Origin: Burkholderiales bacterium
GTDB taxonomy: Bacteria; Pseudomonadota; Gammaproteobacteria; Burkholderiales; SG8-41
DNA length: 64,000 nt
Direction of reading: 5' to 3'
Assembly (NCBI GenBank): GCA_019634975.1
Contig: JAHCAI010000012.1
Coordinates: forward strand, 7,004-71,003
The notes beneath the pieces were generated by a model. It did no database searches, was not told where the DNA came from, and saw only the letters and a list, made by a program, of their open reading frames with translations. The first letter of the stretch is position 1, and each line of letters begins with the position of its first letter. Below are positions 56,516 through 64,000 of the stretch, piece after piece. The position numbers and the translations under genes are program-made.

Positions 56516-57645
56516 CAGCTCGCATCAGGGAATCAGTGATCCGCAAAGCGCGGCGGCTCGTCGTCAAGGTCGGCAGCGGACTGGTCACCAACGCCGGCCT
56601 CGGTCTTGACCACGGCGCGCTGACCGGCTGGGCGGAACAGATCGCGCGCCTGCGCAAGGAAGGCAGGCAGATCGTGCTCGTCTCCAGCGGCGCCATCGCC
56701 GAGGGCATGCAGCGCCTCGGCTGGACCCGCCGACCGCACGCCCTGCACGAACTCCAGGCTGCAGCGGCCGTGGGACAGATGGGGCTGGTCCAGGTGTACG
56801 AGTCCTGTTTCCGCGGGCACGGGCTCCTCGCCGCCCAGATCCTGCTCACGCACGAGGATCTCGCCGACCGCAAGCGCTATCTGAACGCACGATCCACGCT
56901 GCGCACGCTGCTCGACCTCGGCGCCATACCGGTGATCAATGAGAACGATACGGTGGCGATGGATGAAATCCGCTTCGGCGACAATGACACACTGGCGGCA
57001 ATGGTGACCAACCTGATCGAGGCCGATGCCCTGGTCATACTCACCGACCAGCGCGGCCTCTACAGCGCGGATCCGCGCAAGGATCCCCAGGCCCGGCTGA
57101 TCACCGATGGCGATGCCGGGGACCCCTACCTGGAGAGCATCGCGGGTTCGACCGGAAGCGCGATCGCCCGCGGCGGCATGCTGACCAAGGTCCTCGCCGC
57201 AAAGCGTGCGGCGCGCAGCGGTGCGGACACCGTGATCGCCTGGGGCCGCGAACCCGAGGTGCTGCTGCGGCTCGCCGCCGGGGAGCGCATCGGCACCCAG
57301 CTGCTCGCCGGCCAGGCCACGGTCGCGGCCCGCAAGCAGTGGCTCGCCGACCACCTGCAGGTGCGCGGCAGCGTCACGCTGGATGCCGGCGCCGTGAAGG
57401 CGCTGCTGGTCGACGGCAAGAGCCTGTTGCCGGTGGGCGTATGCGGAGTCGAAGGCGGCTTCGAGCGCGGCGAGGTTGTCAGCTGCCTCGACGAGGCCGG
57501 CCGGGAAATCGCCCGCGGCCTGGTGAATTACAGCCACGCCGAGACGGGCCGCATTCTCCGCACGCCGTCAAGCCAGATCGAGTCGAAACTGGGCTACGTC
57601 GACGAACCCGAGCTGATCCACCGCGACAACCTCGTGCTGTTGTAA
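56512..57645 (+). CDS. proB: glutamate 5-kinase
   Basis: Start ATG 56512 overlaps the obgE stop (ATGA). [26 protein letters not shown]... C-terminal PUA domain. Confidence 0.94.
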   Translation: MTARIRESVIRKARRLVVKVGSGLVTNAGLGLDHGALTGWAEQIARLRKEGRQIVLVSSGAIAEGMQRLGWTRRPHALHELQAAAAVGQMGLVQVYESCFRGHGLLAAQILLTHEDLADRKRYLNARSTLRTLLDLGAIPVINENDTVAMDEIRFGDNDTLAAMVTNLIEADALVILTDQRGLYSADPRKDPQARLITDGDAGDPYLESIAGSTGSAIARGGMLTKVLAAKRAARSGADTVIAWGREPEVLLRLAAGERIGTQLLAGQATVAARKQWLADHLQVRGSVTLDAGAVKALLVDGKSLLPVGVCGVEGGFERGEVVSCLDEAGREIARGLVNYSHAETGRILRTPSSQIESKLGYVDEPELIHRDNLVLL

Positions 57646-57659
57646 CCCGCAGAACCCTT

Positions 57660-58202
57660 TCAGTCGGTCAGCGGCGCCCGCTCGGGGCCGCGCCGCAGCG
57701 TTTCCACGAGCTGCGCGGCATTACCCCTCAAGAACTTGCCGCGGCAGAAATACTCGCCGTAAAGCGTGATGTGATGGGCATTGACGTGCTGAAACTCGAT
57801 GCGCCGCCATTGCGGATTCCGTGCACGCGCCCAGCTGCCGTCGGCGCGCCCGATTGCGTAGTATTTCTGCTCCCGGGTTTCACAGCGTATGCCCTCAAAG
57901 GAGACGTTGGTTGCGCCGCCCGAGGTCTTGATGACGAGCGTGTAGCGCACGACGCCGTCGCTGCCCGTGGAAACCGACTTTGCGTCAACGAGATAGCGGT
58001 GCGTCGTCACCGCACCGACGTCGATCGGCAACAGCGTTTCGTCCCGGGGGTAGGCCGGCAGCTGCGCCTGCATTTCTGCCCAGGGCCTGATCTCCCGGTC
58101 GAAAGTGTAGTCCCAGCCCTCCCATTGCGACTGCGCAAACGCGGCGGATGAGACAAGCATGGCGGCAACAGCGCCAAGGAACGGCGTGAGGGGCGTCTTC
58201 AT
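57660..58202 (-). CDS. CNP1-like periplasmic protein
   Basis: 180 aa. Signal peptide. YLVDAKSVSTGSDGVVRYTLVIKTSGGATNVSFEGIRC resembles the CNP1-like family. Confidence 0.6.
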   Translation of the reverse strand: MKTPLTPFLGAVAAMLVSSAAFAQSQWEGWDYTFDREIRPWAEMQAQLPAYPRDETLLPIDVGAVTTHRYLVDAKSVSTGSDGVVRYTLVIKTSGGATNVSFEGIRCETREQKYYAIGRADGSWARARNPQWRRIEFQHVNAHHITLYGEYFCRGKFLRGNAAQLVETLRRGPERAPLTD

Positions 58203-58255
58203 GCGCCGATTGTAGCGCCCGCGGCCCGGTCGCGGACGCTCCGGGGCCGGATGCC

Positions 58256-58840
58256 TCAGGCGAGATCCGCGAGCAGCGAGGCACGCGTTGCGTCAGGCAC
58301 GCGGTCCACGGTCACCGAATAATTCGGATGATCCACGCCGGCTGCCAGCGGCGCACCGCCACGCAGTGCGGAGACCATGGCCGGCGTCAGCTCGAAGCGC
58401 ATGAAATGCACCGAGGAAGTCTTCTCGGCGTTCTCGCGCTCGAGATCCTCGTCGGCGATCGCGTGGACACGCTCGCAGCCGGCCACCTGGACCCAGACCC
58501 GGTCCTCGATGCCGATCAGCTTGGCAAGCCGGGCGCGGCGCTCGTTCTCATCCGGATACTCGATCATCATCGTCGCCTTCCAGTTGCTGCCGTCCGGAAT
58601 CAGCGGGTTATAGGCCTCCAGTTCATCATTGATGCCCTCTTCCTCGAAAATGCGCTCCGCACGCAGCATTTCCTGGATCTGGTAGCGGATGGTCAGCTCG
58701 TCCTCGAAGATCAGGGTGACGTTGCCGCCCAGGTGCAGGGAGCGGTCCTTCTTGTGCGCCATGACTTTCGCGCGAAACTCCGGTCGCGCCTTGGCATAGG
58801 CTTCCAGCGGCATCAGGGATTCTCGGGTAACTTGCGGCAT
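58256..58840 (-). CDS. DUF3501-family protein
   Basis: ATG 58840 (MPQVTRESLMPLEAYAKARPEFRAKV...). Alternative GTG 58852 would overlap the upstream stop as GTGA. Confidence 0.7.
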   Translation of the reverse strand: MPQVTRESLMPLEAYAKARPEFRAKVMAHKKDRSLHLGGNVTLIFEDELTIRYQIQEMLRAERIFEEEGINDELEAYNPLIPDGSNWKATMMIEYPDENERRARLAKLIGIEDRVWVQVAGCERVHAIADEDLERENAEKTSSVHFMRFELTPAMVSALRGGAPLAAGVDHPNYSVTVDRVPDATRASLLADLA

Positions 58841-58848
58841 GTTCGGTC

Positions 58849-60189
58849 TCACAATCCGTAGGCAATGCGTATAAGGGTGATGGGATGCTGCTTCTCGGCA
58901 CCGCTGCCCGCCGCGCCTTCGCCGATGCCCTGCTGGATATGGCGGCCGGCGATCGCGCAGTCCGAACTGATGTAGTCCGGCGCGGCCTCGCCCATCTGGC
59001 GGAACACCGGACGGCCGATTTTCATCGACTGCTCGAAAAACTCGCTCTTGACCCCCCAGGTGCCGTCATGGCCGGCGCAGCGTTCGACGGTGGTGACCTT
59101 GGTGTCCGGCACCATCTCCAGCATCTCGCGCGTCTTCTGCCCCATGTTCTGCACCCGCAGGTGGCAGGGAATGTGATAGGAAACCTTGCCCAGCGCCTTG
59201 CTGAAGCCGGTCTTCAGCAGGCCGTCCTTGTGGCGCAGCACGAGGTATTCGAAGGGATCGAACATCGCCTCGGCCACCGCCTTGACGTCGGGGTCGTCCG
59301 GGAACATCAGAGGCAGTTCCTGCTTGAACATCAGCGTGCAGGACGGCACTGCGGTCAGGATCGCGTAGCCTTCGCGCGCAAGCTCAGCCAGCGGCGGGAT
59401 GTTGATGTCCTTGTTGCGGGCCACCGCCTCGAGGTCGCCCAGTTCGAGCTTGGGCATGCCGCAGCACGCCTCTTTCTCGACCACGATCGCCGGCACCTCG
59501 TTGTGCGCGAGGATTTTGAGCAGGTCATGGCCGATGCCCGGTTCGTTGTAGTTGACGTAGCAGGTGGAGAAAATGGCGACCTTGCCCGGAGTCTGCTTGC
59601 CGTCCTTCACCGGGAAGGAGGCGTTCGGCCGGGCAGTCGAGCGGAACTTCGCGCTGTCGTACTCCGGCAGCACGCGATCCTTGTGGATGCCGAGCATGCC
59701 GTCCATGACCTTGCGCACCGGGGCCGCCTTGTTCGCGGCATTGACCATCTGCACGACCACCGGAATGGAGGCAAGCTTGCCCAGCGCATCGGTGCTCGAC
59801 AGCAGCTTGTCGCGGAAGCTGGTTCCACCCTTGCGGAACTTGATCGCCTTGGCGCGCAGCATCAGGTGGGGAAAGTCGACATTCCACTCATGCGGGGGCA
59901 CGTACGGACACTTGGTCATGTAGCACATGTCGCAGAGGTAGCAGCGATCGATGACCTCCCAGTAGTCCTTCTTGTCGACGCCGTCGACCTCCATCGTGGG
60001 ACTCTCGTCGACAAGGTCAAACAGCTTGGGAAAGGATGTGCACAGGTTCACGCAGCGGCGGCAGCCGTGGCAGATGTCGAACACGCGCTCCAGTTCCTTG
60101 TTGAGCTTGTCTTCGTCATAGAAATCCGCGGATTTCCAGTCCAGGGGGTGCCGGGTCGGGGCCTCGAGACTACCTTCGCGTACGGTCAT
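58849..60189 (-). CDS. heterodisulfide-reductase-related (HdrD/GlcF-like) Fe-S protein with CCG domains
   Basis: 446 aa. Two 4Fe-4S ferredoxin-type motifs ([24 protein letters not shown]). C-terminal Cys-rich CCG-type motifs (CCGMP...CPSC-like, CAGHDG). Confidence 0.8.
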   Translation of the reverse strand: MTVREGSLEAPTRHPLDWKSADFYDEDKLNKELERVFDICHGCRRCVNLCTSFPKLFDLVDESPTMEVDGVDKKDYWEVIDRCYLCDMCYMTKCPYVPPHEWNVDFPHLMLRAKAIKFRKGGTSFRDKLLSSTDALGKLASIPVVVQMVNAANKAAPVRKVMDGMLGIHKDRVLPEYDSAKFRSTARPNASFPVKDGKQTPGKVAIFSTCYVNYNEPGIGHDLLKILAHNEVPAIVVEKEACCGMPKLELGDLEAVARNKDINIPPLAELAREGYAILTAVPSCTLMFKQELPLMFPDDPDVKAVAEAMFDPFEYLVLRHKDGLLKTGFSKALGKVSYHIPCHLRVQNMGQKTREMLEMVPDTKVTTVERCAGHDGTWGVKSEFFEQSMKIGRPVFRQMGEAAPDYISSDCAIAGRHIQQGIGEGAAGSGAEKQHPITLIRIAYGL

Positions 60190-60217
60190 GGTCGGGTGTG
60201 GTGCTCAGTGGTGGGAA

Positions 60218-60252
60218 GGAAAAGAAAGAGGCGCATCCGCGCCCCTTTCTCC
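60218..60252 (-). terminator. possible intrinsic terminator/attenuator between the rubrerythrin and HdrD-like genes
   Basis: gaaagaggcgc-atcc-gcgcccctttc (11-bp stem, 1 mismatch), followed on the minus strand by tttcttttcc. Confidence 0.45.
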
Positions 60253-60274
60253 TTGATGATCCTCGGCAGCGGGA

Positions 60275-60694
60275 TCAGTCAGCCAGGCCGTCCAGGGCTT
60301 TCTGGAAACGGTTGGCGTGCGAGCGCTCGGCTTTCGCCAGGGTCTCGAACCAGTCGGCGATTTCGCCGAAACCTTCGTCGCGGGCGGTTTTCGCCATGCC
60401 CGGGTACATGTCGGTGTACTCGTGGGTTTCGCCGGCAATCGCAGCCTTCAGGTTGTCGCGGGTGCGGCCGATCGGCAGATCAGTCGCGGGGTCGCCGCAG
60501 GCTTCCATGTATTCGAGGTGGCCATGGGCGTGGCCGGTCTCGCCTTCCGCGGTCGAGCGGAACACTGCTGCGACATCGTTCTGGCCTTCGACATCCGCCT
60601 TGGCTGCGAAATAGAGGTAGCGACGGTTGGCCTGCGATTCACCGGCAAACGCGGCCTTCAGATTCTCGTGCGTCTTCGAATTCTTGAGCTGCAT
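60275..60694 (-). CDS. rubrerythrin-family di-iron protein (no rubredoxin domain)
   Basis: 139 aa. [50 protein letters not shown]: duplicated ExxH ferritin-like sites. Confidence 0.85.
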   Translation of the reverse strand: MQLKNSKTHENLKAAFAGESQANRRYLYFAAKADVEGQNDVAAVFRSTAEGETGHAHGHLEYMEACGDPATDLPIGRTRDNLKAAIAGETHEYTDMYPGMAKTARDEGFGEIADWFETLAKAERSHANRFQKALDGLAD

Positions 60695-60774
60695 AAAAAC
60701 TCCTTTAAAAACAATAGGTTACATTAATGCCTAGGCGACGATCCGCCATCGGGAACAACCTACCACCCACAAAC

Positions 60775-60806
60775 TCACAGATATTTAGACTAAATCTAAT
60801 CTGTGA
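60775..60806. promoter_or_regulatory. candidate operator palindrome upstream of the rubrerythrin gene
   Basis: TCACAGATatTTAGActaaaTCTAATCTGTGA. Outer 8-bp arms TCACAGAT/ATCTGTGA and nested TTAGA-n5-TCTAA. Lies 81-112 nt upstream of ATG 60694. Confidence 0.4.
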
Positions 60807-60865
60807 ATGGAGTGTAATTCCAAGCCCGCACCCGAGTCAACATTCGGCTGCGGTCGACACGGAAC

Positions 60866-61459
60866 TCAATGCCTCAGGCTGGCTTCGATGTCGGCAAACG
60901 TGCGTGCTACCGCCTCGGTGGCAATCGCAACCCCGAGCTGGCGGGCGATCTGCGTTGCGGAAAACACGCCGCGCACGCGCTGCCGCCCCTTGGCATCCCG
61001 GTCCACGACCAGGGTGTGCTGGCGCCCGGCAGCTTTCAGGGTCGCCACGACATGGCCGACGTTGGCCGATTCCACTTCGCTCAGATCGAGCACCTCCAGC
61101 ATGGCGCGCGGGGTCATGATGTCGCGAACCTGCACATCGCTGCGGGGAACACCGCGCTGCACGGCCACCTTCACCGGCTTCTCGCCCAGCACGTCGTTGG
61201 CGGTAACGATGCCGTGCACCCGCCGGTCCTGGTCGACCACCAGCAGCAACCTGACGCCGCGCTGGATCATCCGCCGGTGAGCCTCGTCAACGGTGTCTCC
61301 GGGCAGGACGATGACAGCGGTCACCCGGGTCAGATCAGTCATCACATCGACGGCGGGACTGTCGATGCGCACACGCTCGGGGACAGCCTGGCTGGGCTGG
61401 GCGTAGCCGCTGTCCTCCTCGAGGGCAACGGGCTTGATGGCGGGGTAGTCGCGAGTCAT
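60866..61459 (-). CDS. CBS-domain pair protein
   Basis: 197 aa. Two CBS repeats (DVMTDL...VDEAHRRMIQRGVRLLLVVD, DIMTPRA...VVATLKAAGRQHTLVVD). Confidence 0.75.
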   Translation of the reverse strand: MTRDYPAIKPVALEEDSGYAQPSQAVPERVRIDSPAVDVMTDLTRVTAVIVLPGDTVDEAHRRMIQRGVRLLLVVDQDRRVHGIVTANDVLGEKPVKVAVQRGVPRSDVQVRDIMTPRAMLEVLDLSEVESANVGHVVATLKAAGRQHTLVVDRDAKGRQRVRGVFSATQIARQLGVAIATEAVARTFADIEASLRH

Positions 61460-61545
61460 GTCTGCCTGCCTTTCCTGGCTGGTGGATCAGGCCCCGGGCT
61501 GCGGGGCCAAGAAAGGCGCTACCGGCCGCAACCGGAGCGTCGCCG

Positions 61546-62070
61546 TCAGACGCCGACCAGCGGACCGCGCACCCCCCGCCGCTGGGCGGGTCGACGCGCG
61601 AGAAAACGGGACAGTTCGTTCAGCGCCTGCTCGTAGACCGCGCGCTTGAATTCGATGACATCCTGGGTCGGCGCCCAGTACTCGTGCCAGCGCCAGGCAT
61701 CAAACTCCGGCTTCTCGGTTGCCCGCAGGCATACGTCGCAATCACGGCCGACCAGACGCAGCAGGAACCAGATCTGCTTCTGGCCGCGGTAGTTGCCGCG
61801 CCATTCCCGGCGCAGCCACCGTTCCGGAACCTCGTAGCGCAGCCAGTCCCGTGTGCGGCCCAGCACCTGCACATGTTCCGGTTTGAGTCCGACTTCCTCG
61901 TGCAGTTCCCGGTACATCGCCGCCTCGGGCCGCTCGCCGCCCTTGATGCCGCCCTGCGGAAACTGCCACGAATGCTCGCGTACCCGCTTACCCCAGAAAA
62001 CCTCGTTCTTCGCGTTGCACAGCACGATTCCGACATTGGGGCGATAGCCATCTCGGTCGATCATGGTCAT
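61546..62070 (-). CDS. rppH: RNA pyrophosphohydrolase
   Basis: 174 aa. [20 protein letters not shown] box [28 protein letters not shown]. Confidence 0.92.
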   Translation of the reverse strand: MTMIDRDGYRPNVGIVLCNAKNEVFWGKRVREHSWQFPQGGIKGGERPEAAMYRELHEEVGLKPEHVQVLGRTRDWLRYEVPERWLRREWRGNYRGQKQIWFLLRLVGRDCDVCLRATEKPEFDAWRWHEYWAPTQDVIEFKRAVYEQALNELSRFLARRPAQRRGVRGPLVGV

Positions 62071-62159
62071 CCCCGGATTGATTGGTCACTATGGATTTGA
62101 TTTTTTCACAAATCCCCGGGCATTGAAAGCCCGTGGGCCGGCCGCATCAGCATGCCGCC

Positions 62160-62948
62160 TCAGGGGTAAAGGAAGTCGGAGTCGCAACGATTCATCGCGC
62201 GCAATCCCTCGACAAACAGCGGGAACTCCATGCCATGGCCGGCCTCCAGCACCGCCGCCCGTGCCTGAAGATCACGCCAGCGCAGCGGTCCCGGCGAATC
62301 CCGGAAACCGAAGACGATGACATTGCCGGGTTTGCGCGCGGGCAGGCAGAGGTTCCCCGCCGGAAACTCCGCCTCGATGCGCTTGAGCACTTCGTTGAAC
62401 TGGCGGTCTCCGCCCCAGAGATTGACCACCAGCATGCCCTCCGGCACGAGCCGCTCCCGGCAGTGGCGATAGAACTCGCGGGTGGCGAGGGCCTCGACAT
62501 GGGACTCGGCATCATATCCGTCGACCATGATCACGTCGGCGGAGACGTCGGCCCTCGCCATGTACTCCGCACCGTCGCCCACGATGACCTCGAACGAGGG
62601 GCCGTCGGGCGGCACCAGAAAGCACTGACGCGCGACCGCCACCACCTGGGGATTCAGCTCGAGCACGCGCACGCGGGCCGAAGGAAAATGGTGGCGGACG
62701 TATTTCGCCACCGAGCCCCCGCCAAGGCCCACCATCAGAACATCGCGCATGTCGTCACGGAACAGCAGGCAGGCCATCATCGACCGGGTATAGGACAGCT
62801 CAAGGTCGTGCGGCCGCGCGATGCGCATGGCACTCTGCACGGTGTCGCTGCCGATATGCAGGGAGCGCACCCCGTACTTCTCGCTGACATAGACGGTTTC
62901 GGCGTCTCCGGCCGGTTTGCGCAGGCGCCATTTGGGCATGAATTTCAT
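62160..62948 (-). CDS. spermidine-synthase-like methyltransferase-fold protein
   Basis: Start ATG 62948 (MKFMPKWRLRKP...). VLMVGLGGGSVAKY and DVIMVDGYD motifs. Confidence 0.7.
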   Translation of the reverse strand: MKFMPKWRLRKPAGDAETVYVSEKYGVRSLHIGSDTVQSAMRIARPHDLELSYTRSMMACLLFRDDMRDVLMVGLGGGSVAKYVRHHFPSARVRVLELNPQVVAVARQCFLVPPDGPSFEVIVGDGAEYMARADVSADVIMVDGYDAESHVEALATREFYRHCRERLVPEGMLVVNLWGGDRQFNEVLKRIEAEFPAGNLCLPARKPGNVIVFGFRDSPGPLRWRDLQARAAVLEAGHGMEFPLFVEGLRAMNRCDSDFLYP

Positions 62949-63015
62949 CGGCTTCCGTACAGGGGAGTTGCGTAAGGTCCGGTAGAATAAGGTTTTTATC
63001 CGATCGGGAACAGGC

Positions 63016-64000
63016 ATGCGCGTTTCGCAGTTTTTCATTTCCACGCTGAAGGAGGCACCCTCGGAAGCCGAGGTGATCAGCCACAAGCTGATGCTGCGGG
63101 CCGGACTGATCAAGCGGCTGACCAGCGGCGTCTACACCTGGATGCCGCTGGGCCTGAGGGTGCTGCGCAAGGTCGAGAACATCATCCGCGAGGAAATGAA
63201 CCGCGGCGGGGCTATCGAGCTGCTGATGCCCGCAGTCCAGCCTGCCGAACTGTGGCAGGAATCGACGCGCTGGGAGCAGTACGGACCGGAACTGCTGCGC
63301 ATCAAGGACCGCCATCAACGCGACTTCTGCTTCGGCCCCACCCATGAGGAAGTCATCAGCGACGTGGTGCGCCGCGAGGTCCGGAGCTACCGCCAGCTGC
63401 CGCTGAATTTCTACCAGATCCAGACCAAGTTCCGCGACGAGATCCGCCCGCGCTTCGGCGTCATGCGCGGCCGCGAATTCGTGATGAAGGATGCCTATTC
63501 CTTCCACGCGAACTACGACGATCTGGCGCGGGAATACCGCAACATGCACGACACCTACAGCCGCATCTTCACGCGGCTGGGATTGAAGTTCCGTCCGGTT
63601 GCGGCGGATACCGGCTCGATCGGCGGCACCGGGTCGCATGAGTTCCACGTGCTTGCCGATTCCGGCGAGGACGCCATCGCCTACTGCCCGCGGTCGGACT
63701 ACGCAGCCAACGTCGAACTGGCCGAAGCGCTCGCGCCGGCGGCTGCGCGACCGGCGGCCGCGCAGCCTCTGCAGAAAGTGCATACGCCGGGGATCAAAAC
63801 CATCGAGGAACTGTGCGGATTTCTCAAGCTGTCCGCGGATCGTACCGTCAAGGCCGTCGTCGTTGACGGTGCCAACGGCAGTCCGGTGCTGCTGCTGCTG
63901 CGCGGCGACCATGAATTGAACCTGATCAAGGCCGGCAAGCTGCCGCAACTGAAACAGCCGGTCGCGTTTGCTTCGGCCGATGCCATCCGCTCAGCCTTCG
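63016..64000 (+). CDS. proS: proline--tRNA ligase, partial (C-terminus beyond window end)
   Basis: Not in the track because there is no stop in the window. My translation from ATG 63016: [62 protein letters not shown]... [25 protein letters not shown]. Confidence 0.92.
   Translation, partial: MRVSQFFISTLKEAPSEAEVISHKLMLRAGLIKRLTSGVYTWMPLGLRVLRKVENIIREEMNRGGAIELLMPAVQPAELWQESTRWEQYGPELLRIKDRHQRDFCFGPTHEEVISDVVRREVRSYRQLPLNFYQIQTKFRDEIRPRFGVMRGREFVMKDAYSFHANYDDLAREYRNMHDTYSRIFTRLGLKFRPVAADTGSIGGTGSHEFHVLADSGEDAIAYCPRSDYAANVELAEALAPAAARPAAAQPLQKVHTPGIKTIEELCGFLKLSADRTVKAVVVDGANGSPVLLLLRGDHELNLIKAGKLPQLKQPVAFASADAIRSAF

Overview
High-GC proteobacterial chromosome segment. Sampled coding lines are about 65-70% GC. 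Synteny looks betaproteobacterial (Rhodocyclales/Burkholderiales-like), but this is inference only: orn/M48 peptidase/PCD/rsgA, nrdAB with NrdR boxes, ampD, pilSR, ispB | rplU-rpmA-obgE-proB, rppH | proS. I support about 70 protein genes, one tRNA-Pro(CGG), several intrinsic terminators, two REP-like repeat families and a few candidate operators. Most of the window is ordinary core genome.

Items worth a second look:
1. A ~1.9 kb low-GC islet (27.74-29.62 kb) holds an unrecognisable 279-aa protein and an FRG-domain protein, both with TTG starts and no mobility genes. This is my best candidate for an undescribed conflict/defence-type module.
2. A minus-strand catabolic cluster (2.7-14.8 kb) has the same architecture as the hmfABCDE(F) furoyl-CoA pathway. 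It comprises an AraC regulator, a Mo-hydroxylase L-M-S trio with a C-terminal CoxG fusion on L, a CoA ligase, a crotonase and UbiD. It is linked to a TAXI-TRAP transporter and lacks UbiX.
3. The 5-prime leader plus first 17 codons of a conserved hypothetical gene is triplicated (41.15-41.55 kb). This creates two upstream ORFs whose TGA stops overlap the next ATG (ATGGATGA).
4. A second NrdR-box pair almost identical in layout to the nrdAB operator sits upstream of a lytic transglycosylase gene (38.28 kb).
5. A fossil second copy of the 3-prime end of the pterin-4a-carbinolamine dehydratase gene lies at 20.65 kb.
6. A rubrerythrin / HdrD-like Fe-S protein / DUF3501 cluster has a strong palindromic candidate operator.

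Many long ORFs in the track are antisense or out-of-frame artefacts of high GC and were rejected.
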